Assembly (NCBI GenBank): GCA_951406725.2 | Contig: OX597815.1 | Span: 173,910,001-173,974,000, forward strand | Length of the DNA stretch: 64,000 nt | Origin: Octopus vulgaris | Taxonomy: Eukaryota | Reading direction: 5' to 3' | Part shown: positions 52,146-64,000 of the stretch, piece by piece | Layout of the letters: every line of letters starts with the position of its first letter | How positions within the stretch are numbered: position 1 is the stretch's first letter | Made by a program: the position numbers and the translations under genes | The notes under the pieces: generated by a model | Database searches by the model: none | Told to the model about the DNA's origin: nothing | Seen by the model: the letters and a program-made list of their open reading frames with translations, nothing else

Positions 52146-53118
52146 GTATGTATATTTATACTCACACACACACATACAGACACACATATATACATGTATA
52201 TGTGTGTATGTTAATCATATATACATATTGTGTATGCATACATACACACATAAATCCATTCACAAGGCTTTGGACAGCCCAAGGATATATTAGAAGACAC
52301 TTGCCCAAGATGTCACACAATGGGTCTGAACCCTGAACCATGTGTTTTGAAAGAAAATTTCAAATAACATAGCCATGCCTGTGCTTGAAATAAATGTGTG
52401 TATATATAATATATAAATTAGATAGACTACATGCGATCTTGCCCATGAAAGGATGTGCCCCATTATGACTATAATCACCAGTCCCCCAACTTCGGCTCTC
52501 CACCAATACCTAGGAGTCTGGCAAAGAGTTTGACCAGAACATACACAAACACACATGCTCTAGTACAGTGGACATCTACCCAATAGACTCTATATAAGCT
52601 CCCATACATATTGTAACTGCACACACCACAGGCATACATAAATGGCCTAAGAATTTAATCAAAACATAAAAGAAAGAAAATACATTAACAAACACTGATG
52701 CGTATCCCCCCATCCCCACCCCGCAAAGGCTATACATATAGTACCATTGCACACATTCCATTTCCACAAGAACCTTAACGATACAATCATTTTCCATAAA
52801 CTCTTTTGCAGAAAGTTCTCGCTGACTTGCAACAAAATCACCCCTAGAGGTGATGTTTTTTTTGTACCAAGGGACATAGCTCTTAACTTAACCTCTGCTT
52901 GATTCATTTCAATCATCTTTTCCACAGTAACCACAAACTAGACGTGTCTATTCATCTCCAACAATAGAGAGCAGTTGCCATATTTCATTCCATAATGACT
53001 ACCTCTGAAGAGTGCAGGGTTACATAATCAGACTGTTACCTAGCACTCTGTTGTACCCCTAGTGTGAAAACAATCAGTAAGATCAGCTGTAATGGATATA
53101 CAATACTGTACACCTCAA

Positions 53119-53119
<1 letters not shown>

Positions 53120-53194
<75 letters not shown>

Positions 53195-53278
53195 CATACA
53201 TATATCCTTTATCTTTTACTTGCTTCAGTCATTAGACTGTAGCCATGTTGGGGAACCACCTTGACATACACACACACA

Positions 53279-53321
<43 letters not shown>

Positions 53322-53696
53322 AGAGAGAGAGAGAGATGCATAGTACAACTCCACTTTGTTATTGTGATACCAATAAATAATTATTGAAACTCATTATACT
53401 CATATTTCACAGTATTAATAAGGTCTGGCTGTGAGGATGTGTAATTTGTTAGATTCTCTCCAGTCTGAATTTTATATGAAACAATAGGTCAGTGTAGGGC
53501 ATTATATTAGTTATTAATTAATGATGAAAGAATGGGTGTTACATAATCAGTATCATTAGCTTACAACTGTTTCTGCTACAAGTAACTATGCATCCTGAGT
53601 TGTGTACCAATGCAACAAACAGCTGTAAGGTAATGAAAGTAATTATTTAACTCCTGTTCTTTTATCATTCTTTTAATATTCATTTGTTAATTAATA

Positions 53697-53754
<58 letters not shown>

Positions 53755-53771
53755 ATTATATATTATATATC

Positions 53772-53818
<47 letters not shown>

Positions 53819-53871
53819 CTATTATATATTATATATCATATATATATATATATATCTATTATATATTATAT

Positions 53872-53907
<36 letters not shown>

Positions 53908-53941
53908 TATATATGTTTATGTATATAATATATATATATAA
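53120..53941. repeat. Long (TA)n tracts incl. higher-order TA-rich repeat (53701-53941) flanking an imperfect hairpin (53520-53669)
   Basis: Visible repeats; ctattatatattatatatcata recurs three times. Confidence 0.9.
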
Positions 53942-54865
53942 TCTAGTCCTATGAATTATTATAGTTAGATTGAAAATGATTATATTAGGCTGACAGGAAA
54001 ATATTCTTGTGTAAGAGAATATATTTTAATTTATATAACTGTTATTGAAATTATGTTTGGCTAGACATCATAGAATAGATACCTGTCTAATGATTAAATG
54101 TATTAATCTTAAGCTCCTGTGAATCAAGCACAATTATGTTACTTGTGAATTATAATTAAATTTAGCAGCTATTGAAATGTGTGATGATTCACTCAATGAA
54201 TATAAATGAATATTAAGACTTAACAGAATGCTATTAGAAAATTGTGTAGAGTTAACAGTAACCTGAAATCAGGTAAAGACATCATGTGAAGCTTAAAGAC
54301 ACTTAAAGGGATAACTTTGTTATTAACAGATTTTCATATGTTCCTATGTATGTTCTACAAGCATATATTTAGATACATAGCTTCTCACATAATTTTAATG
54401 TTTCATTTGTTCTCAAATGTTAATATGTATCAATGTTTTTTCTTTAAATTGCTAAATTTTCATTTAAAATTTATTTAAGAAATAATTTGTATGCTTTTTT
54501 AATTCTCTTCAGTGAAAACGTGATTAACATAGAACAATCAAGTAGAAATCTGTTAGTTGTAAGATCTTACCAGATGTCTCTAAGCACCTAGTGAAAAATA
54601 ACTTTAGACTCTGTATTGGAGAACTCCAGATTAACCTGAATTTTATTTTGTAAGATGAGCTGTCAAAGGAATGTTGAAAATTACCTAGATATTTGAGATC
54701 TAACACTTAACTCTACCAGCTGATATTGTGAAGCTCTCTAAGATTAATTAGAGAAGTTTCTTTTAAAATCACAGAAAAAAAACATGGAATATTTCACAAA
54801 GTAATTAATTAAAAAATTAGTATCTCAAATAAAAAGTTATTTTGCTTTTTAATATTTTGATTAAA

Positions 54866-55065
54866 ATAAGGTGGTAAGCAGAATCGTTAGCAAAATGCTT
54901 AGTGGTATTTCATCTGTCTTCATGTTCTGAGTTCAAATTCCACTGAGATCAGCTTTGCTTTTCATCCTTCTAGGGTTGATAAAATAAGTATCAGTTGAGT
55001 ATTGAGGTTAATGTAATCGACATATCCCCTCCCACAAAATTGCTGGCCTTAGCCAAAATTTGTAG
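54866..55065 (+). mobile_element. Decayed SINE family C
   Basis: gcagaatcgttagc...gttctgagttcaaattcc...ctttgcttttcatcctt...taagtatcagttg. Confidence 0.7.
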
Positions 55066-55287
55066 TCAACATTTTGATTACAATATAAAACAGTGGAGAT
55101 AGATGAGAGAATAAAGCACTAAACTAAATGCACTCTTGTAGTAATTTTCAAATTTGAGTTCAATTGTGCTTGATTCTTTTTGCCCTGTTATCTTCCTGTG
55201 GTCAGTGTTAGTAAAAATAAATTATCAGTAATATACTGAGGCTGAGTCACTTGATAACAGGCAAACCCTATAGAAATTTTCATATTT

Positions 55288-58205
55288 CATCATCATCATC
55301 ATCATTGTCATCATTATTGTCTAATGTCCGTTTTCCATACTGGCTTGAGTTGGATGGTTTGACTCGGGACTGGCAAGCCAGGAGGCCACACCAGACTCCA
55401 ATCTGATCTGGCAGTGTTTCTACAGTAGGATACCCTTCCTAACGCCAACCACTCTGAGAGTGTATTGGGTGCTTTTTATATGCCACCGGCATGAGAACCA
55501 GTCAGGCAGCACTGGCAACGGCCTCATTCAGATGGTGCTTTTTACGTGCTACTGGCACAGGAGCCAGTTAGGGCAAGGACCACATTTGGATGATGCTTTG
55601 TACATGCCACCGGCATGGAAAGCCAGTCAGGCAGCACTGGGAATGACCCACACATGCATGGTGCTTATTGTGTGCCACCAGCTTGGGAGCCTGTCAGGCG
55701 GCACTGGCATCAGCCACAACTACAATTTCCATTTGATTATGATTTGATTTGATTTTGATTTTTGATTTTACTTGACTCAAGCACAGAATGTCGCCTGATG
55801 ATTCAAAGGTACTTTTTAAATGGGAAAGTTATGTGACACTGGTGTAGGCTACAGCTGTGATCTCACTTTACTTGCTGGGTCTTCTCAATTACAGCATATC
55901 TCTATGAGGGTCAACGTTCAAAGGTTGTGCTTCGCCACCTCATCCCATGTCTTCCTGGGTCTCCCTCTACCACAGGTTCCTTCCACTGTAAGGGAGTGAC
56001 ACTTCTTCACACAACTCTCTTCATCCATACACAACACATGACCATACCAGCGCAGTCGTCTCTCTTGCACACCTCATCTCATGCTTCTTATGTCCAACAT
56101 TTCTCTCAGGGTGCTTACACTCTGTAGTGTGTGCACACTGACATTACACATCCAGTGGAGCATAATAGCTTCATTTCTTTCAAGCCTACGCATGTCTTCA
56201 GCAGTCATGGCCCATGTTTCACTGCTGTGTAGCATGGCAGTTCACACACATACATCATACAGTTTACCTTTCACTCTGAGCGAGAGGCCCTTTGTCACCA
56301 GTAGAGGTAGAAGCTTTCTGAACTTTGACAAGGCTATTCTTGTTCTAGTGGCAATGTTGTCTAAGCATCCACCCCTACTACAGACTTGATCACCTAGGTA
56401 GTGGAAGCTGTCGACTATTTCTAGTTTCTCCCCCTGGCATGAGATGGAATCAGTTTTCTGAGCATCTGCAGTATTTATTGCCCCTGTGCATCTGCTGCAC
56501 ACAAAAGCTATCTTCCCAGTTAAACTCCCTTTGATGTTGCTGCACCTCTTATGCATCCATAGCTTACACTGGGTACATCTTATGGAGTTTCTACCTACAC
56601 CCTTTCTACAGAGTGAGCAGAGCCACCTACCTGAAGGGGTTTGTGATGTGTTCACCTTCCTACTTACTAGGACTTTGGTTTTTGCAACATTGACTCTAAA
56701 GCCCTTCGATTCTAAACCTTACTTCTACAACTGAAATTTCTTCTCTAGTTCTGGTAGTGATTCCACTATGAGAGCAAGGTCATCAGCATAGAGGAACTCC
56801 CAGGGGCAACCTGTCTTGAATTCTTGTTATTGCTTGGAGGACTATGATGAATAAAAGGGAGCTGAGGGCTGAACCTTGGTGAACCCCTACTTCTACCTGG
56901 AATTCTTCACTATACTCATTGCTGACCCTTACCTTACTAACGGCATCTCTGTACAGGGCCTGTACAGCTCATATTAATCACCTGTCATTCCCCAGTTTCC
57001 ACATTGCCAACCAGATAAGGGATGCAGGGACCCTGTCAAAGGCTTTCTTCGTGTCAACAAAAGCCAAGTACAGAGGTTTATCTTTGGCTAGGTATTTCTC
57101 CTGCATTGCCGTACCAGGAATATAGCATTAGTGGTGCTTCTGCCTGGTACAAAACCAAACTGCATCTCATCTAAGCAGACTCTCTCCCTAATTAGTTGGG
57201 CTATGACTCTCTCCGTGACCTTCATCACCTGATCCAACAGTTTAATACCCTTGTAGTTATTTCTATCTAAAGCATCACCTTTGCCTTTGTAGTAGTTGAC
57301 TATGGTGCTGCTATGCCAGTCATTAGGTATGACTCCTTCATGAACTACCTGGTTTACAATACATGTGACTAGGACATAACCCACAACCCCAGATATTTGA
57401 AGCATCTCAGCTGTGATTCCTGATGGGCCATATCTTTAATTGCTTTATCTACCAGGATGCAATCTATTTGGGTAGCTGGACCTTCTACTGGGTCAAAATT
57501 TGGTAGACTCTCCTCTTCCCATTCAATATCCACATTTAACAGCCTTTCATAATGACTTCTTGAAGCCTTTTTCTTTGCAGAATCATTAAAAGCAAGTGCA
57601 CCACCATCCATGCGGACACATTTCTCTCTTGTGACATCACATTTTTCTCTCACTCACTGTCTTGCAATCCCTAATACTTCAATTCTTTGGTCCTCACATC
57701 GCTGAACATTGGCAAACTTCTTTTCTGCTTCTCTCAGCCTCCTTTCTGGCTATATGGTATAGTTCCCTGCTACCCCCACTCTTCCAGGCTTTCCAGGCCT
57801 GTTTCTTTGCTCTAATGGCCTTGTCTACTGTATTATTCCACTACCACATTACTCTAGGTCTGGAAGGGACTTTGCACTAGCTGCAGTTTTGGTCTGTGGT
57901 GCTCAGTAAGCTGTCCTATAGGAATTTCCAGTTACCCTCAGTGTCCAAAGTCTGTAGCTCCTCTTCCCTCTCATGAAATTTCTCAGTGAAGATGTTCCTA
58001 AATCTCTGACCATGTGAAGGGTTCTATAGCTTCCAAATCCTTCTTTTCTGGATTGGTCTGCTTCTTGGCATCCTTCTGGCCTCATGTCTAAAGTTACTAA
58101 TAGCTAGTCTATGCTGGGGAGTACATTCTTCACCAGGGAGGGTTTTTGTATCTGAGAGCAACCTTGCATCCTGTTGCTTGGTGCGGATGAAATCAATCTG
58201 GCTAG
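55288..58205 (-). mobile_element. 5'-truncated, decayed RTE LINE (endonuclease end, RT, PHD-like finger, tail)
   Basis: YKGKGDALDRNNYKGIKLL, QFGFVPGRST, KAFD, GVHQGSALSPL, LYADD, FHYLG, RVKGKLYDVCV; (CAT)n tail at 55288. Confidence 0.92.
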
Positions 58206-60540
58206 AAAAACCATTATTAGGAGTATCAGAAATATTAATTTCCAGAATGAAGTGTCAGAAGTCAATGTAATGAACCTCATTTTATCAAATAACTGTATTT
58301 TTATATAGAATTGAGAAACAAGAAAAATAGAGAAGAAAGTGGAACTTTTTTTTTCATCATTGTCAAGGGAGGAAAGACAATTCTTATGACATCCTGCAGA
58401 GCCTTCAAAATAATTGGAAATGGGGAACATAAATCAAGATAGCATTGCATCAGGGTATTCAATTAATTTTAGATTGGTGATTCTGTCCACCACAGTGGGT
58501 TGGGCTTCACTAAAGGTACACTGGAGTCACCCAAGGATAGATATCTTTCATCTGATGAACTTCTGCATAGGTTCCATCTATCTGAGACAGTGAATTAACT
58601 GAGTTGTTAGAGCATGGGTTAGAATGTCTCAGAGTATCTGTTCCAATTCTCTGCTTTCTGAGTTCAAATCCTGGTAAGATAAATGTTGTTTTCATCCTTT
58701 CAAGATTACTAAAAAAATACCATCTACAATTGTGAATAAAGAGCAAAAGAAAGGATGCCTTCATGGAATTTGCTTTGATCCTTCGCATTCTGAGTTCAAA
58801 TCCTATCATGGCCTAGTTTTGCCTGGTTTAACATCACAACCTCACTCCTTGAGCCCACTAAATTGCAAATATTCAAACCAATTTGAGGATTCCTTCCTCT
58901 CTCCTTCTCACTTGTCTCAAAAGCCCTGTAAAGATCATGGGCACTATATTCTTTCTTGACTTAAAGATGAAAAAGAAATGTCATTCACAAGGCTTAAAAT
59001 GACCTGAAGTAATGATAGAAAACACTTTTCCAAGGTATCACACAGTAGAATTGAATCTGGAACCATGTGATTATGAAGTAAACTTACTAACTATACACCT
59101 TATATCAATGAAAGGAAAAGGATGAAAAAATATAAGATAGATCATAAACATTTACTATTGACTAAATAAGTTGAAATATCCAGTCATGCATTTATTTAAC
59201 TTTGGTTTGAAGTAGTTGTAAATTATCTCTTCTGACAGCAAAATTATATTTCATTGCTGTGTGCTTCATTTTAGGTAATAGCAGGTAAGCAACTACTAAT
59301 ATTTTACGAAGTAAAGTGATATTAGACATAAATTATAAGTACCAATTTGACATTGTAAAGAGCAGCAGAAAGATCACTCAAGGGACTCCAACCATGTATC
59401 TACATATGTTTAAATCTGTGGTTATAACCTATTTTGATATACTAAGCAATCAACCAATTATCTTGAAGAGATGAAAATAGCAAAATAAATAAATAAACAA
59501 ACAAATAAATATATAAATAAATAAATAAATGTAAGACCCAAATTTGAAAAGATGTGTGTGCTGGCAGGTGATTTGTTGTGTAGTCAGTAACACATTCACT
59601 CAGTAATCAACATCCATGTGGTTTGAGACCCATCAGCAAACATGTTGCTTATAGAAAAATTATTAAAATATCCAGATGCAAATGTAACACAATCACACAA
59701 TATCAGGTCTAAAACATAGAACTGAAATCTTTTCAGAATCCATTTAATTTTATTTTCTTAAGAGAGCAGTCAATAATTCAAGTTCTATAAAAAGCAAATT
59801 TTAAAATTTTGGTTATTCCTTTCATAACTATATTTTTAATGAATGCCTGTGTATTTCACCAGTGACTTCAAGCCCAGCAAAGAGATGGGCTACATGTTCC
59901 TTCATTGAAGCTATAGAAAAAGTTACCAGATAGCTATGGGTAAAGAGGGAAAATCTGTAGCAAGTTCCTGTTGGGCTGCAAATCAGGATTTGATCAGCTC
60001 CAGCTGGAGATCTGAAACAGAAAGATCTGAAATCCCCTAGAAAACCAGGAACATCACTGATGATGCATTCTGGAGCATCTGTCAGATATATTTTGAACCC
60101 TAATGAATGTCCATGTCTTTCAAAAAAATATTTGAAAAATTCAAAATGTTGAAGCCAGTAAAATAGCTGCAGTTATATCTATTGGTATATTATATGGTGT
60201 TTTCCAACTGAAATATGTCATTCATGTTAAGCGAGATTTTAATCAGAAACAAATTTTCAAGTTGGTATTAAAAGGGTTGCAGTGGCTAAAGTAATACTTT
60301 TTTTTATAAATTTGTATAGTTGGTGAAATACATGAGAAAAAACGTAACTTTTACTGTTCTATAGAAATTATCAAATCTATTATATCTGTGGTGACAGTTA
60401 CCAGTATGAGCTAATTCTTTATTTATGTTGTGAAATAGCTAAAAAGAAAACTAAAAAAAAAAATGTACATGTTTATTTTATGAACATTAGCAGCTTTGTT
60501 TACAGCTTTCCATTAATGGACCATTCTTTAGTTCACTGCA

Positions 60541-60778
60541 TTTCTTATTTCTTTATTGCCCACAAGGGACTAAACACAGAGGGGACAGACAAGGACAGAC
60601 AAAGGGATCAAGTCGATTACATCGACCCCAGTGCGTAACTGGTACTTAATTTATCGACCTCGAAAGAATGAAAGGCAAAGTCGACCTTGGCAGAATTTGA
60701 ACTCAGAACGTAACGGCAGACGAAATATTGCTAAGTATTTCGCCTGGTGTGCTAACGTTTCTGCCAGCTTGCTGCCTT
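60541..60778 (-). mobile_element. Young full-length tRNA-derived SINE family C with L1/Tx1-like 3' tail
   Basis: Head ggcagcaagctggcagaaacgttagc, B-box-like gagttcaaattc, tail tgtcccctctgtgtttagtcccttgtgggcaataaagaaataagaaa. Confidence 0.85.
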
Positions 60779-61983
60779 AAGTGCTATCAGAAATGCAGTG
60801 AACTGCATTTCTGATAGCAAAAATGACAATGAAAACTCATATGGAATAAAACACCATATTGTATTTCTGTTTGTTGCAGTGGTTTATCAGTAATGTTTTT
60901 TACAAATGTGTATATTTTTGACAAAATACACACACACACACACACACACACTGTGGACTTCCACTCAGTTTCTGTCCATCAAATTTCACTTGTAAGGCCT
61001 TGGTCAACCCAAGACAATAGTAGAAAACACTTGCCATTTAGTTAAATCGAAACTCACAGCTTGTGGTTAAAAAATCACAGTTTTAATACTCTAATTGTAC
61101 AAAGTATTGGATATATGTTAGTTAGAAAGTCTTTCATCTCTACATTCTAACCATGTAGACTCATCATTTCCTAACTTCATAGAGGCTTGGCCAATTGCCA
61201 TAAAATGTCATCAGTAGCTCATAAATGCACTAACATGAAACAGAAGTGTTTAAGTACTTATATATACTCAAAGAATATTATTAGGGCAGGAGAAAAAATA
61301 AAACATGAAATCTAGTTAGCTAGTCATAAATATATATGGTTTCTTTTCAATCTATTTCTATAAAGAATTTCATTAAAGAATAAGTTTAAAAAATGCATGT
61401 TCTTATTAGAAATAATATTCTTTTGATATAAGTGAAAACGAAGTTTTATAAGTTTTGTTCTGGAACATTTCATGAAAATATTTAGTACTCTATTGAAGAT
61501 CTAATTTTAAGCTAAAGAAAAATTTTCAAGAAGTCCAGTTCTGGAATAGATCAACTTTTTTTTCTTTGTCAGTTAGTGTTATGTAAGAGGAAATAATTTG
61601 GTCGACTCCAGTGTTTTAGCAACCTTCAAAGTGATGAAAGGCAAAGTTGATTCAGAAGGGCAAGAGATAAATTGACTCATGCGGTAAAAGTGAGAAGGAT
61701 GGCAAAGGCATAATCAGTCTTTAAATTCTATTTGATTTCAAAATTGCTTTAATGTTAGCTAAAAGGGTTAAATTAAGTTAGAAATATTAACAAATTTGTT
61801 TTGTATATAATGTCAAGAGTTCAGTCATATCTCTAAACAAGGAATTATACTCCTCTGCAAAAGATGCAATTTTACTTCTGTCAGAATACCAAGAAGCTTG
61901 TTAACACTGAATTGGAGAAAAGAGTATGTAAAGAATTGGAGAAACATCCCATTATACTAGCATAGAAAAATAAATGAATATCT

Positions 61984-62330
61984 TTAAAGTAAAGAGTATT
62001 GTAATTGACCCTTTGAATGCAGAAAGTGGGTATATCCACTCAAAATTTTATAACCATTAACTGCAAAAGCAGTTTTATCCCACAATTTTGAAAGTCCTTT
62101 CCTTATATTGCAAGAAGTGAAGAAACCCCAGTGACACTTTACAAACAACAATTTTTCAGATTTTCCTTTTTTTTTTTTCACATATTTCATCAAATATTTC
62201 TTTATTGAACAAGAATCAAATGCTTTTAGTAGTGGATAATATGAATACTGTATCAATTCTACTTTTTGATTGACAATTGACATTATTACAGGGATGACCA
62301 TTTGTCTATTGATATCTTCTTACTATTGCT
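61984..62330 (-). mobile_element. Possible ancient L1-like RT remnant
   Basis: ORF 61984-62301 contains LKAFDS followed by AVNGY in RT-like order; highly degenerate. Confidence 0.35.
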
Positions 62331-63589
62331 TCACTCCTTTTCTGAGCCATTGACTTTGTAAAATATCACGTTATGCTGCCTCAGGTATGCTGTTTCTTTA
62401 TACTTTGCTGTCTCTTTGTATAACTGCCATCCTAGATTACATTAAGCCAGCGAAAGAGCTTAGATATGGTTGATAGAAATAATAGCTAAATCTACCATAC
62501 CCAACCATCTTATAAGAGAACACATAGGATAGTGTAGTCTAGGGCACATTATTGCTGAAAAAAAGACAATTTGCTCATGGTTTGAATGCTTTTCAATCAG
62601 AGCTAACTTGAGACTGAACAACAGCTTTGAAAAAATATCTATCTGCTTAATTAAATACTTTCCTTAATTGAAACCTTCACTTTTGTCTGTCATTGTTTCT
62701 TTCACTGTTGCAATTACAGTCTCTAGTTTTCAAAACTTCCTGTATAAGCATTACTTCATGATAGTTGCACCCACAATCTCAGTGCTTTATATCATCGATA
62801 CTATTTCACTCCTTAAACATAACACCAAATAATAAATTCAATCTGCTACTCTGTAAATCACTTTCTGTTAGACTTCCTCCTCTTTCAGATAATAAAATTA
62901 ACCTCCAGCTTCTCAAATTCCTCAGAAATTGTAGTAATCTTACTCACTACCCTCCCCTTTCTGATCTGAAAGTGGCTTGTTGTACTGTGCAAAATACTTC
63001 TACATATCAAACATAGTAATAAAAAAAAAAAAGAAGATAATTGGCATATTTAAATTAAAGTGTTAAGGCATAAGTTTTTCAATTATATGAATCAACAGTT
63101 GACAGAAAGTAGAGTACAATGAAGTTTTAGCTAACAATAGGAAGTGAGCCTGCTTTTTGGCTAAAGTAATCCAATGCTCAACCAAGTAGGCTGTACTGAC
63201 ATTTCTGAATAATAGTCAGATTTAGTACCCAGCAAGTTTGATGTTATATTTTCTAGACATTTTTTTTTTTTTGATATTTTAATTTTGTACAAAATGAAAG
63301 GCCATGTAAAAGAAGAAACAAGCAAACATAAAAACAAAATCAACCAACAATACACCATCTAAAAGAATGTTTTCTGGATATTTACAATTACAACACTGAA
63401 TACTTAAATAGGTTTCCATCTTCCTGTGCATTCTTCTCTGATATTCTAAGCTTTGCTTTTCTATTTTGAAAACTGAATACTGAGGCAAATAGTAATTAAA
63501 GGAGATAAGGTTCTTCAGATGTTTCTTATTTTCACCTTTAAAGTGAAGACAACAAACACCACATAAGATAAATCAAAGAAATTCACTTC

Positions 63590-63762
63590 ATTGTAGCTAA
63601 CTTAGTCGTAGTCATTCACTTGGAAAATATAACACTCTAAGACTAATTGCTTAGTACTTTATTATTTTCAGATCTCACATTAAAGCTAACTTTGTCGTAG
63701 TCATTCACTTAGAAAATATATGGCTTAAGACTAATTGCTTAATACTTTATTTTCTGATCTCA
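63590..63762. repeat. Tandem duplication, two ~85-90 bp units
   Basis: agctaactt(a/t)gtcgtagtcattcactt...taagactaattgctta...actttatt...gatctca occurs twice. Confidence 0.9.
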
Positions 63763-64000
63763 ATATACATAGAACTATCACTATAAAGGCTAGTATATAA
63801 ATAGGTGGAAATATTATATCAGAACTAAGATTTTAAAAAATAACATGTGCTACACCAGCTTTTAAATCATAATATCACTATTTCAAGTACTTATAAAGAT
63901 ACAAAGATATAAAAATAGAACCTCGATGATATACTTTATTTCTTGTCAGATATTTTAATACAGGAAAAAAAAACATAGAAAGCATAGATGTGACTCTGTG

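Noticed and set aside
53701-53941. Regularly spaced repeats resembling an array
   Set aside because: Higher-order TA microsatellite without unique spacers, in eukaryotic context; not CRISPR

Overview
AT-rich, microsatellite-dense animal genomic DNA dominated by transposable elements. The SINE families and overall texture resemble an octopus (coleoid cephalopod) genome; this comes from recall, not a database search. Main content: two related L1/Tx1-clade LINEs with exact target-site duplications, one 5'-truncated and decayed (27885-31838) and one full-length and nearly intact (34886-40149). Also present are RTE LINE fragments, Penelope-like, mariner, Helitron and Ty3/gypsy relics (one with an LTR and a tRNA-Trp PBS), several MITE/foldback elements and two tRNA-derived SINE families. 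No host gene is confidently recognised. The best leads are: (1) a two-exon minus-strand small ORF (36 aa) at 3.7-5.1 kb; (2) a structured minus-strand ncRNA candidate at 25.45-25.78 kb with a telomere-template-like motif and H/ACA-like boxes; (3) a SINE whose 3' tail matches the 3' end of the L1/Tx1 LINE; (4) an ORF that is restored when the first LINE is removed; (5) a CpG-rich central domain flanked by CpG-depleted domains. All alignments and folds were done by eye, and coordinates of decayed repeats are approximate.
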